The notes beneath the pieces are model-generated. The model saw only the letters and a list, made by a program, of their open reading frames with translations, did no database searches and had not been told where the DNA came from. Position numbers and translations under genes: made by a program. Below are positions 1-9,182 of a stretch of 64,000 nucleotides of DNA, in pieces. How positions within the stretch are numbered: the stretch's first letter is position 1; each line of letters opens with the position of its first letter. Origin of the DNA: Bryobacterales bacterium (GTDB lineage Bacteria; Acidobacteriota; Terriglobia; Bryobacterales; UBA6623); assembly GCA_965248235.1 (NCBI GenBank), contig CBDFIU010000004.1:1175112-1239111 (forward strand). Direction: 5' to 3'.

Positions 1-1944
1 GCGAACTCCGGCTGAACACAGCAGCACCACGGGCCCGCGTGGTGTTTCCACCGTTTTTTGAATGCGTTCGACGATGTCGGTAGTCGTGGCGGGCGCGAGC
101 GCGATTCGCGAAGTCACCTCGGTGTGTTCGATGGCGCTTTGTACCGACTGTTCGATGCGCGGGTCGAGATAGTAGACCGGCAGTTCTCCTTTTTCGTTGA
201 GGTAGGGTTTCACGACCGTACGGGGCAGCGCCTGACGAACGAACTCGGTGAGCAAGGTCGGGTTCTTGGTGGCCGCTCCGCCTTCCGCCAAAGCCTCGAG
301 AATCGAAACGGCGTCGCGGGTGGAGACGCGTTCGCGCAGCAAGCTCTGTAAGACGCGCTGCACGATGGAGAGACTGAGCAACTTCGGAACGAGGTCCTCG
401 ATCAGCTTGGGATGGTCCTCGCGAATGCGGTCGAGGAAGCGGTTGGTGTCTTGGCGCGTCAGCAATTCGTGAGCGTGGGCGCGAACCAACTCGGTTAGAT
501 GGGTGGCGACGACATTGGCGGGGTCGACGACGGTGGAGCCCATCACGCGCGCCTTGTCGACTTGGTCGGGTGCGATCCAGGTTGCCGGCAGCCCGAACGC
601 CGGTTCGTGAGTGGGCGTGCCGTCAAGGCGGCCTTGCGCTTCGCCGGGGTTAATCGCCAGTTCGGAATTAAGCTGTAGCTCGAAGCGGGCGATTTCGGCA
701 CCCTTCAGTTGTACGACGTACTCGCGCGCCTGTAGCGAGAGGTTGTCGGTGACGCGCACCGGAGGCAGCACGAAACCCAGTTCGGAGGCCAGCTGCTTGC
801 GCACTCCGCTGATCCGCTGCAACAACGTTCCGCCCTGCGATGCATCCACAAGCTTGACGAGACCCAGCCCGACCTCCACCGCGATCGGCTCGACGCGCAA
901 GAGACGGTTGATGTTCTCGCCTTCAGCCGGCAAGGCGGGAGTCTGAGAGCTTGGAGGCTCGGCAGGAGGCTGTTGCATCAAGTTCCAGCCGATGCCCCCG
1001 ACGCCGAGGCCGAGCAACAGGAAAGGCAGGGTCGGCAGCCCGGGAATGACAGCCATCGTCGTGAGCACGCCGGAAGCGATGAGCAGCGGCCGCGGCTGCG
1101 AAAACATTTGCTTGCCGAAGTCGGCTCCAAGCTGCGCTTCCCCGGCCGCGCGGGTCGTGATCATGGCGCCGGAAACCGAGATCAGCAGCGCCGGGACGAT
1201 CGTCACGAGTCCGTCGCCGACCGTCAAGACGGTGTAGGTTTCGAGCGCCTCTCCCAAGGCCAACCCATGCTGCAGAGCGCCCGTCAGAAAGCCCGCCATG
1301 ATGTTGACGGCGGTGATGATGATGCTCGCGATCGCGTCGCGCTGTGTGAATCGCACCGCGCCGTCCATCGCGCCGTAGAACTCGGCCTCTCGAGTTACTT
1401 CTTGACGCCGCCGCCGGGCTTCGTGCTCGTCAATCAATCCGGCGTTCAGATCCGAATCGATGCTCATTTGCTTGCCGGGCAGCGCGTCGAGCGTAAAGCG
1501 CGCGGTGACTTCGGAGATGCGAACGGCACCGTGGTTGATGACGACATATTGGATCGCCACGAGCAAAACGAAGATCACCACGCCGACGACGAAGTTTCCG
1601 CCCACGACGAAATTGCCGAATGCCTCGATCACGTCGCCGGCGGCCTGAGTTCCCTCATGACCGCCGGTCAGAATCAGCCGCGTGCTTGAGATATTCAGTG
1701 ACAAACGCAACAGAGTAAGCAGCAACAGCAAAGAGGGATAGACGCTGAACTCGACCGGCCGAGTGATATACATCGTCGCGATCAGCGTGATGACGGACAG
1801 CGTGATGTTGAGTGAAATGAGTAAATCCAGCGCGAACGGCGGGATCGGCAACACCATCATCAAGACGACCATCATGACCGCCAGAGGTAGGGCCACGTTC
1901 AGGCGTGCCGCTGTCGGCGCGGTAATGGCTTGTTCGCTCGTCAC
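1..1944 (-). CDS. flhA: Flagellar type III export gate protein FlhA (C-terminal end runs off the window start)
   Basis: Absent from the ORF track because it is open to the window edge. My minus-strand translation from GTG 1944 gives 648 codons with no stop. It includes FVVGGNFVVGVVIF and RFTLDALPGKQMSIDSDLNAG (1441-1500), hallmark FlhA motifs. It lies directly downstream of flhB. Confidence 0.9.
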   Translation of the reverse strand, partial: MTSEQAITAPTAARLNVALPLAVMMVVLMMVLPIPPFALDLLISLNITLSVITLIATMYITRPVEFSVYPSLLLLLTLLRLSLNISSTRLILTGGHEGTQAAGDVIEAFGNFVVGGNFVVGVVIFVLLVAIQYVVINHGAVRISEVTARFTLDALPGKQMSIDSDLNAGLIDEHEARRRRQEVTREAEFYGAMDGAVRFTQRDAIASIIITAVNIMAGFLTGALQHGLALGEALETYTVLTVGDGLVTIVPALLISVSGAMITTRAAGEAQLGADFGKQMFSQPRPLLIASGVLTTMAVIPGLPTLPFLLLGLGVGGIGWNLMQQPPAEPPSSQTPALPAEGENINRLLRVEPIAVEVGLGLVKLVDASQGGTLLQRISGVRKQLASELGFVLPPVRVTDNLSLQAREYVVQLKGAEIARFELQLNSELAINPGEAQGRLDGTPTHEPAFGLPATWIAPDQVDKARVMGSTVVDPANVVATHLTELVRAHAHELLTRQDTNRFLDRIREDHPKLIEDLVPKLLSLSIVQRVLQSLLRERVSTRDAVSILEALAEGGAATKNPTLLTEFVRQALPRTVVKPYLNEKGELPVYYLDPRIEQSVQSAIEHTEVTSRIALAPATTTDIVERIQKTVETPRGPVVLLCSAGVR

Positions 1945-1982
1945 GAGAAATCCAGCTCAGACCCGTGAAACCGGATCAACGG

Positions 1983-3044
1983 TTAGAAGGCCTCTCGACT
2001 TAATCGGTAGATGTAAGCCAAAATTTCAGCCACCGCGCGGTAAAGATGAGGAGAGATTTCGCTTCCCACCTCGGCACTCTTATAGAGAGCCTGGGCCAGC
2101 GGCGGGTTCTCGACGATTGGGATACCGTGTTCCTCGGCCTTGTCGCGGATGCGCAAGGCCAAGTAATCGAGCCCCTTGGCCACGATGACGGGGGCCGGCA
2201 TGTCTTCGGGCAAGTACTTGAGCGCGACGGCGTAGTGCGTCGGGTTGGTGACGACGACGGTGGCTTCGGGGACCTGTGACATCATCCGTTGACGAATCAT
2301 GTCGCGCTGCAGTTTGCGCAGGCGGGCCTTGATTTGCGGATTGCCCTCGAGGTCTTTCTGCTCTTGCTTGACCTCCTGCTTGGTCATCATGAGCTTCTTG
2401 AAGGTCTTGCGGCGCTGTCGATAGAGATCAAACGTCCCGAGAAACAACAAGACGACGGCGGCCTTCATCAGCAGCTCGCCGAGTACGTCCCCGACTCTTG
2501 CCACGCCGGCGGCGAGGGGCATTTTCGGGAGTTCGAGAAGCCCGCCGAGTTCTTCGGAGAGCAGCCACCAAAAAACGATTCCGGCGACGGGAATGAGGAT
2601 GAATGCCTTGAGCGTCTGCGACAGATTGTCGCCGGGTAGTTGAGAGAGTTTCGGACGCGGGTTGAGGCGTTTGATATCCGGCTGCAAGCGTTTCGGGGAC
2701 AAGGCGAAGCCGGTTTGCGCCAACTGGGTCAGCAGACCGATTGTCAGCAACACGCCGGCGTAGATCCCCAGAAACGCCATCGGTTTGAAGGCCACCGTCA
2801 CGAACAGAACGCGAAATTCCTCTATGGTGATCGAAGGTCGAAACGCATAGGCGACCAGGCCCCGCATGGCGAGACGGAGAGATTCGAGGACATCGCCGCC
2901 ATAGATGACGACCAGCGCGACCGCCGCGGCGAACTGGAGCGCGGAGGTGAATTCACGACTGGAGGCAACTTGACCCTCTTCACGCGCCTTTTGCTTGCGT
3001 CGCGGAGTCGGTTGCTCGCTGCGTTGCGATTTGTCGGCGGGCAT
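1983..3044 (-). CDS. flhB: Flagellar export switch protein FlhB
   Basis: 353-aa ORF with a basic N-terminus (KSQRSEQPTPRRKQKAREEGQVASSRE), TM segments and the NPTH autocleavage motif (VVVTNPTHYAVAL). Confidence 0.92.
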   Translation of the reverse strand: MPADKSQRSEQPTPRRKQKAREEGQVASSREFTSALQFAAAVALVVIYGGDVLESLRLAMRGLVAYAFRPSITIEEFRVLFVTVAFKPMAFLGIYAGVLLTIGLLTQLAQTGFALSPKRLQPDIKRLNPRPKLSQLPGDNLSQTLKAFILIPVAGIVFWWLLSEELGGLLELPKMPLAAGVARVGDVLGELLMKAAVVLLFLGTFDLYRQRRKTFKKLMMTKQEVKQEQKDLEGNPQIKARLRKLQRDMIRQRMMSQVPEATVVVTNPTHYAVALKYLPEDMPAPVIVAKGLDYLALRIRDKAEEHGIPIVENPPLAQALYKSAEVGSEISPHLYRAVAEILAYIYRLSREAF

Positions 3045-3105
3045 GGCGAAGACTCAAAAGCGTATTGACGGCGGCGAGGCGGGGCTATCTCATTTGCGTA
3101 ACCCT

Positions 3106-3839
3106 CTACGGTTGGACAAGCGCCTCGATCACAGCCCGAGTTCGTTCGGCCAAGCTGTAAAAGAGCCGCGGCGCAAGCAGCGTCACGGGATAGAGGATGG
3201 CGACAGCGCCGACGATCTTCGCGGGAAACGCCAGGGTCAGTAGTTGAAGGCGGCTGTTCACCTGGTTGAGCAGCCCCAGAGTGAGATCGATGAGCAACAG
3301 CACCGCCATCACGGGCAAGGCAGAGCGGACGGCGGTCTCAAAGACCGAGCCTCCGAGGCGCACCATCATCAAGGCGTCCGCCGGCCGGGTTTGGAAATGG
3401 CCCAGCGGCCACGATTCCAAGCTTGCGGCGAATGCCCGAACCAAGTAGAGGTGCAGGTCGAAGGAGAAGAACAGCAAGCTGCCCAGCAGGGCGAACAAGA
3501 CGTTGAGAATCGAGGCGTCAACCTGTGTCGTCGGGTCGACCATATTGACATAGGAATAGCCGGCTTGGAATCCGAGAATCTGTGCCGCCAAGCCGAAGAC
3601 CTCCAGGAGTAACGCCACCGCGACGCCAACCGCGAGTCCGAAGATGGCTTCGGAAAGGATCAGGCCGGTCAACGTAAGCAGAGCCGCAGGAGCAAGACAG
3701 CCAGCGTCAACGCCAAGACCGCCTTGGGGAGGGCCGGGAACTGACGGCTCCCGGGCAGGGGCACAAAAGTCACGAGACCGGCCGTACGCGCAAGCAGGAG
3801 AACAGCGTTGATGACCCAGGGGAGAGGGATGTCGATCAT
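3106..3839 (-). pseudogene. fliR: Flagellar export protein FliR, split by an apparent 1-nt indel
   Basis: ATG 3839 opens 56 codons (MIDIPLPWVINAVLLLARTAGLVTFVPLPGSRQFPALPKAVLALTLAV...) that end at TGA 3671-3669. The remaining 188 codons (LTGLILSEAIFGLAVG...GFQAGYSYVNMVDPTTQ...) are in the -1 frame from 3672. Both parts look like FliR, and the shift maps to about 3685-3700. Confidence 0.75.
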
Positions 3840-3840
3840 T

Positions 3841-4010
3841 TTGCGTGTCGCCGGGGTACGTGTCGTCGGGGTACGTTTCCGCGAATCAGCCCGCGCCCAA
3901 TCAGGTTGTGCCGAGGTATGGCTACGCCGAGAAGTTCGCTACCCGTCGCCCATCGCGTGCCCTGTAGCCGGCAGTCCGTACCTTGGCGACACGTGATTCG
4001 GCGACACGGA
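3841..4010. repeat. Family-1 short dispersed repeats (CGGCGACACG core) filling the fliQ-fliR spacer
   Basis: A tandem cgtgtcgccggggtacg / cgtgtcgtcggggtacg sits at 3845-3877. ggcgacacgtgattcggcgacacgga sits at 3985-4010. The same strings recur at 5447-5483 and, inverted, at 14285-14303. Confidence 0.7.
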
Positions 4011-4013
4011 CCC

Positions 4014-4283
4014 CTACCGCGCAAATTTCTCCAGACCGCCTAGTAGCTCTGTTGTGTATCCGATCAATCTGTCCGCCATCCACGGTCCCAACAGCATGGC
4101 GGCGACCAGGAAAACGACGAGTCTCGGCACGGTGGTGAAGGCGGGGTCCTGCATCGACGTGAGGATTTGCACGACGCTGACGAGAATCCCGGCGAAAAAT
4201 CCGGCCAACAATAGCGGACCGCCGACGACCAGGGTGATCCAAAACGCGCCTCGGATGACTTCAACAGCGGTATCGGGGGTCAT
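4014..4283 (-). CDS. fliQ: Flagellar export protein FliQ
   Basis: 89-aa two-TM ORF (MTPDTAVEVIRGAFWITLVVGGPLLLAGFFAGILVSVVQILTSMQDPAF...) of typical FliQ size and sequence, in flagellar context. Confidence 0.9.
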   Translation of the reverse strand: MTPDTAVEVIRGAFWITLVVGGPLLLAGFFAGILVSVVQILTSMQDPAFTTVPRLVVFLVAAMLLGPWMADRLIGYTTELLGGLEKFAR

Positions 4284-4354
4284 ATTTCGTGTCGCCGATC
4301 CACGTAACGCCGGATTACGTTAACGGCCATGTTCTCCGTCGTATTTCCCGCGTT

Positions 4355-5390
4355 GATGGGTATTTACTTGACTCAGGTGACCACAAGATGTAGGATCGGG
4401 GAAATGGAAGATTATCCTCGGAATCTGGCCGAGTTCGAGGCGCGTTTCGCCACCGAGCAGGCCTGTCGAGAGTATCTGTGTCAACTCCGCTGGCCGGAGG
4501 GTTTTCGTTGTCCGCGATGCGGGCACGACAAAGCGTGGGCGGTGCGGACAGCGCTGCTGGAGTGCGCCGGCTGCGGGCATCAAGCTTCTCCAACGGCGGG
4601 CACAATATTTCAAGACACCCGCCAACCCCTCCAGAGTTGGTTTCGAGCCATGTGGTGGCTCACGAGCCAGAAGAACGGGGCGAGCGCGCTGGGCTTGCAG
4701 CGGGTGTTGGGCCTGGGCAGCTACAAAACGGCCTGGACTTGGTTGCATAAGCTCCGGCGCGCCATGGTGCGGCCCGGACGCGATCGGCTCAGCGGGCGCG
4801 TGGAGGTTGACGAGACTTACTTAGGAGGCTTGGAGGAGGGCGTGCGCGGTCGCCAAACCGACGCTAAGGCGCTGATTGTAGTAGCGGCCGAGGAAGATGG
4901 TGCCGGCATCGGGCGGGTTCGGATACGCACCATTCCCAACGCCTCCGGGGACAGCTTGATGGCCTTCGTCGGCGAGTCGATCGAACCCGGCAGCGTGGTC
5001 CATACCGACGGTTGGCTGGGATACGAACCGCTCGAAGGCGACGGCTATCGCCACGAGGTGAGCTACCTGGAGGGGCAACCGGCGCGCGCCTCGAAACTGC
5101 TCCCCCGGGTGCACCGCGTGGTGTCGTTAGTGAAGCGCTGGATACTGGGCACGCATCAAGGAGCGGTCAGTCACGAGCATCTCGACTCCTACCTCGACGA
5201 ATTCGCCTTCCGCTTCAACCGCCGCAAGTCCAGAAGTCGAGGCAAGCTCTTTTACCGCCTGGTTCAACAGGCCGTCGCCGTGCCACCGGCACCCTACAAA
5301 TCGCTGGTCGGAGGCACCGCGACACGCGCTACGGACGACCACAACATGTAGGGGCTATTTCCCAATACCTGAGTCAAGTAAATACCCATC
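4355..5390 (+). mobile_element. IS1595-family insertion sequence, copy 1 (1036 bp), in the fliP-fliQ spacer
   Basis: Perfect 24-bp terminal inverted repeats (GATGGGTATTTACTTGACTCAGGT). Perfect 8-bp direct repeat cccgcgtt at 4347-4354 and 5391-5398. It carries one transposase ORF. Confidence 0.92.
4404..5351 (+). CDS. IS1595/ISXO2-like DDE transposase with N-terminal zinc ribbon
   Basis: MEDYPRNLAEFEARFATEQACREYLCQLRWPEGFRCPRCGH...CAGCGH, then a DDE-type core (VEVDETY...VHTDGW...SYLDEFAFRFNRR). The start is chosen at ATG 4404 inside the longer track ORF. Confidence 0.88.
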   Translation: MEDYPRNLAEFEARFATEQACREYLCQLRWPEGFRCPRCGHDKAWAVRTALLECAGCGHQASPTAGTIFQDTRQPLQSWFRAMWWLTSQKNGASALGLQRVLGLGSYKTAWTWLHKLRRAMVRPGRDRLSGRVEVDETYLGGLEEGVRGRQTDAKALIVVAAEEDGAGIGRVRIRTIPNASGDSLMAFVGESIEPGSVVHTDGWLGYEPLEGDGYRHEVSYLEGQPARASKLLPRVHRVVSLVKRWILGTHQGAVSHEHLDSYLDEFAFRFNRRKSRSRGKLFYRLVQQAVAVPPAPYKSLVGGTATRATDDHNM

Positions 5391-5446
5391 CCCGCGTTAT
5401 ACTTCAACGCTCCCGAGAGCAACATCGACGGAGGTGCTTTCGTGGG

Positions 5447-5483
5447 CGCGTACCCCGGCGACACGTGAATCGGCGACACGGAA
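5447..5483. repeat. Family-1 short repeat copy
   Basis: cgtaccccggcgacacgtgaatcggcgacacgga. It matches 3985-4010 (25 of 26 nt) and the reverse complement of 3845-3860 (17 of 17 nt). Confidence 0.7.
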
Positions 5484-5484
5484 T

Positions 5485-6327
5485 TCAGAACCCTCTTACC
5501 AGCGATCCCACGACTAGATTCCAGCCGTCCACCAGGACGAACAGGAGTAGTTTGAACGGTGCGGAAATCATGATCGGCGGGAGTTGGATCATGCCGAGCG
5601 ACAAGGTTACCGAGGCGACTAACAGATCGATGACCAAGAACGGCAAGAACAACACCGCCCCGATCTGAAAGGCGGTCTTCAGTTCCGAAAGCACATACGC
5701 GGGCATCAAAACCGTCAGCTCGATATCGTCCAAGTTCTTTGGTCGAGGCTTGTCGGTGATATCAAGAAACAGCGCCACATCCTTGTCGCGCACGTATTTC
5801 GCCAAGAACTTCTTCAACGGACGTCCGGCACGCTCCAGCGCCTCGATGTGTCCGATTTCCTGCTTCTGTAAAGGCACGATCGCCTCGACATGGATTTGAT
5901 CGGCAACCGGGCGCATCAACACCACGGTCAGAAACAACGTCAGGCCGATCAAGTTCTGGTTGCTCGGCGCGGTTTGCGTGCCGACCGCTTGACGCAAGAA
6001 ATGCAAGACGATGAGAATCCGCAAGAACGGCGTCAACGACGCGATGGCGGCGGGCAACAGCGTCAGCAGCGTCAGCAAGAGCAGAATCTGTAACGTGGTT
6101 CCCAATTGATCGGGGTTGTCGCCGAACGAAATGCCGAGTTGCGGGGCTGTGGGCGGCGCGGGCGGTGTCGGGTTCTGCGCCGGCGCAACGCTCGCGCTGA
6201 TCAGAAAGAGCGTGATAAAGCATAGGACGGCTGGAAGATGGAGAGTTCGTCGCCGAGCGTTTGATTGATCGAGGCCAACCTGGAGCGACGAAAGCTCGGC
6301 TCGTCCCGCGTACGCCCGAAGCGTCAC
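5485..6327 (-). CDS. fliP: Flagellar export protein FliP
   Basis: The conserved FliP core is present (LTPFLRILIVLHFLRQAVGTQTAPSNQNLIGLTLFLT...MPAYVLSELKTAFQIGAVLFLPFLVIDLLVASVTLSLGMIQLPP). I propose a start at GTG 6327, overlapping the fliO stop as GTGA. The track ORF extends further upstream. Confidence 0.88.
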   Translation of the reverse strand: MTLRAYAGRAELSSLQVGLDQSNARRRTLHLPAVLCFITLFLISASVAPAQNPTPPAPPTAPQLGISFGDNPDQLGTTLQILLLLTLLTLLPAAIASLTPFLRILIVLHFLRQAVGTQTAPSNQNLIGLTLFLTVVLMRPVADQIHVEAIVPLQKQEIGHIEALERAGRPLKKFLAKYVRDKDVALFLDITDKPRPKNLDDIELTVLMPAYVLSELKTAFQIGAVLFLPFLVIDLLVASVTLSLGMIQLPPIMISAPFKLLLFVLVDGWNLVVGSLVRGF

Positions 6328-6659
6328 GAAGGCTCCGATATCCCTTCGGATGGTCGCCGCAAACGATTCGACAACAGCCCCGACAGCAGAGAAGCTTTGG
6401 TTTCCGGCGCCGGGCAATCCGCCAACTCGTCAGGGTTTAGCTCGCTGACCAGCGACACGCGCTCATTCGTCGCCGCGAGCAAGAATAAGCGCGGCCCGAC
6501 ACGCACGAGCGAAAGCGTCTTATTCGGCCCGATGGCGAGGGTTTCGACCACCGCGAGGTTGCCTCCGCCTGCTTGCTTCGAACCCCATTGCCTCAGCAGC
6601 CACAAGCACCCGGCCAGCAGCGCGAAGACGAACAAAAGGGCCAGTACGGAGTCGAGCAT
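6324..6659 (-). CDS. fliO: Flagellar biosynthesis protein FliO
   Basis: 111 aa with a single N-terminal TM (MLDSVLALLFVFALLAGCLWLL), then VVETLAIGPNKTLSLVRVGPRLFLLAATNERVSLVSEL. Position is immediately upstream of fliP. Confidence 0.65.
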   Translation of the reverse strand: MLDSVLALLFVFALLAGCLWLLRQWGSKQAGGGNLAVVETLAIGPNKTLSLVRVGPRLFLLAATNERVSLVSELNPDELADCPAPETKASLLSGLLSNRLRRPSEGISEPS

Positions 6660-6706
6660 CTTGAGTTGAAGGTCGATTTCGCGAATGGGTTGGCGAGGGA
6701 TGTTTG

Positions 6707-7078
6707 TTAATCGTCGCCCCTGTCGTCGGGAATCCGCAGATCGGTGATACGAAGGCCCATGGTGTCTTCTATGACGACGATTTCTCCGTTGCCTACCGTC
6801 ATCCCTTCCATCAATAGATCCACGTTCTCTCCCGCTGATCTCGACAACTCGATAACGGAACCGACTCTAAAATCCAACACGTTGGCGACCCTGACTCTTT
6901 TGCGGTCCAGTTGGACGGAGATCTTGACGGGTATCTCGCGAAACGAGTCGATCGCATCGGGAGGAGCGCCGAGGGCCGCCAGCTCCGGGTTGGGAGCGGC
7001 AACCGGAGTTGGAACCCTGCCATATTGCCACCCTCCGTGTCCGGTCTGCTGATTGGCGACTCGCCGAACGGCTCTCAA
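6707..7078 (-). CDS. fliN: Flagellar motor switch protein FliN
   Basis: The C-terminal SpoA/FliN domain is present (IPVKISVQLDRKRVRVANVLDFRVGSVIELSRSAGENVDLLMEGMTVGNGEIVVIEDTMGLRITDL). The exact start is uncertain. Confidence 0.85.
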   Translation of the reverse strand: MRAVRRVANQQTGHGGWQYGRVPTPVAAPNPELAALGAPPDAIDSFREIPVKISVQLDRKRVRVANVLDFRVGSVIELSRSAGENVDLLMEGMTVGNGEIVVIEDTMGLRITDLRIPDDRGDD

Positions 7079-7106
7079 TCAACGCTCGGGAACCGCCTGT
7101 TGCCGT

Positions 7107-8424
7107 CTATCGCTTCAAGTTCAGCGCCTCTTGGTTCAACTCGTCGGCCGTGGTAATCACCCGCGAGTTGGCCTGGAAGCCTCGCTGAAACGTCAACAAA
7201 TTCGTGAACTCTTGGGCAATATCGACATTCGAGAACTCAAGCGATAGTCCGAGCACCGACCCGAGTCCTCCCGTGTTCGCCGGCCCGGTTACCGGGAGCC
7301 CTGAAGCCGAGGTCGGGACGTAGTTGTTGTTGCCGACCGAGAGAAGCGTCTGCGGGTTTGTAAAGCGCGCCAGTGAGAGCTGTGCCAAGGTCAAGGTTCT
7401 GCCGTCGCTGTCGAGGCCGTTGATTTTGCCGCCGTCGGCGATCGAAATCGAGGTCAACTGCGCGGGTGGCGAGCCGTCTTGCGCCAGGTCGGAGACCGAC
7501 GAATCGGTCGCGAAGTTCGTCAGTGTCGGTTGCAGCAACGAATCGAGCAGGCTCCAATCAATCTGCAAAGGGTCGGCGCCGTTGGCGAACGTGTAGCCGG
7601 CGGTCGTGGTATTGATGTCTTAATTGATAGGGATTCCCCGCACCATTGGGGTTGATGAGGATTCCCTTGCCATCGAACTCCATCGAAACAGCCGCGGGTA
7701 CGCCGCCGTCGATCAGAATGTTCGGATCGGTCGCGGGCGTGGCGTTCGATCCGTCGAGAACGTCATCCGCGGGGATCGTCACGGTTACGCTGAATTCCCC
7801 GGCGGCGCTAGTGGGCGGAATAACGGGAGTAAAGGTCAGCGTTAGAATGTGCGACTCGCCGAGCGAATCGAACACCTGCAGCGGCACGGTGAAGTCTGTC
7901 GTAAGGTTTTTCGACAGGTTCGCGGTGATACTGATTTCGGATGTAGTGTCCGGCTCGAGCGTGTCGTTGCCGGCCAAGCTGATGTCCGCAATGGGTAGGT
8001 TGGTGTTGACGACCTCGGTTGTTGGATTGCGGTTCCAGCCCTGCACGACTTCGCCGTTAATGGTGACCAACACACGTTCGGTGTTGAGTTGGAAGTTGCC
8101 GGCGCGGCTGTATTGGGTTAGATCGTTGTCCTTGACGATAAAGAAGCCCTCGCCTTGGATCGCGGCGTCGAGAAGGCCGCCGGTGTTTTGGACGGTACCT
8201 TGTTCGAAACGACGAGAGACGGTGATCGGCGCGACCCCGAGGCCCGCCTGCGAGGCAACGCCGGACCGACTCAAGCCGATTGTTTGATAAAAAAGGTCGC
8301 GAAACTCAGCTCGGCTTCCCTTGAAAGCGAATGTGTTGAGGTTGGCGAGGTTATTCGCGATCACCTCCACGGCTCGGGCATGAGAGCGAAGACCGGATAG
8401 AGCGGTTAGAAATGCACTGGGCAT
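7107..8424 (-). pseudogene. flgE: Flagellar hook protein FlgE, split by an apparent +1 frameshift
   Basis: ATG 8424 has AAGGAG 7 nt upstream and opens MPSAFLTALSGLRSHARAVEVIANNLANLNTFAFKG. This frame degenerates after ...NPNGAGNPYQL and stops at 7558. The hook C-terminus (DINTTTAGYTFANGADPLQIDW...FTNLLTFQRGFQANSRVITTADELNQEALNLKR) continues in the +1 frame from 7619. A TAA at 7622-7620 in that frame pins the shift to 7620-7623. Confidence 0.8.
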
Positions 8425-8533
8425 GGGAAGAAATCTCCTTACTTCAAATCTTCGGTTTGGTCTGTGTCTTATTGTTTGGATCGTTGCTATGTCAGCTGAA
8501 AGGAGGCGGCCCGCGATGACTTGCTCATTGGTT

Positions 8534-8836
8534 TCAGGCTTCGCTGTCAAGCGGAGCGGCCCGCGCTTCAGCCAAGGCGGCTTCGGCTTGGAGCAGGCCG
8601 TGAATGCCTTCCAGCGTCTTGCGCATCGCCAGCGTCTGCTCCATCTCGGAAAACTGGGCGAGCTGGGAGACGAACTGGGTTGGATCCATCGGGCTGAGCG
8701 GGTCCTGGTTTTGGATCTGCGCGATGAGCAGTTGCAAGAACATGTCGCGAGTAGTGTCGTTCGATGCGAGCGGGCGTCGAATCTGTTCCGTGTCGACGCT
8801 CGCCGCGGCGGTGGTGTCGGTTACCGAGCCTGTCAT
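8534..8836 (-). CDS. flgD: Hook capping/assembly protein FlgD (short form, N-terminal domain only)
   Basis: 100 aa carrying the FlgD N-domain motif (DMFLQLLIAQIQNQDPLSPMDPTQFVSQLAQFSEMEQ). AGGAGG lies upstream. It sits between fliK and flgE. Confidence 0.8.
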   Translation of the reverse strand: MTGSVTDTTAAASVDTEQIRRPLASNDTTRDMFLQLLIAQIQNQDPLSPMDPTQFVSQLAQFSEMEQTLAMRKTLEGIHGLLQAEAALAEARAAPLDSEA

Positions 8837-9150
8837 TAGTCAATCCTCCTGTTGGAATCTTTCACGGACGAGCGGCGGTCGAGCGGGCGGCGTTGCCGAA
8901 AATGTTTGTCGGCAACCCCCTCTTCCGTCCGAACGGGTTGTTGGGGTTCGAAGTGTTCCCCCGCGGCCGCGGCCGCTACAGCGGGGGATTGCCGCCGCGG
9001 GCTCGCTTCGGGCGCCGATGTGGACGCATCCGCCGCAGCGCCGGCTGAGAGAGGGGCTTGCGGCCCGGAAGGGGAAGCTGTGCGGTCGAGAATCTTCAAC
9101 CAGACCGAGCTGGGAGTTCCTTGGTCGGTGCGAGACGTTGTTTTCGGCAT
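8836..9150 (-). CDS. Hypothetical low-complexity protein between fliK and flgD
   Basis: ATG 9150 is preceded by AGGAGAAGGAAA. The stop TAA overlaps the flgD ATG (TAATG at 8834-8838). The sequence is Ala/Pro/Ser-rich with no recognisable domain. Confidence 0.3.
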   Translation of the reverse strand: MPKTTSRTDQGTPSSVWLKILDRTASPSGPQAPLSAGAAADASTSAPEASPRRQSPAVAAAAAGEHFEPQQPVRTEEGVADKHFRQRRPLDRRSSVKDSNRRID

Positions 9151-9182
9151 AGGTTTCCTTCTCCTAGGAGGCCGGCGCGTCA

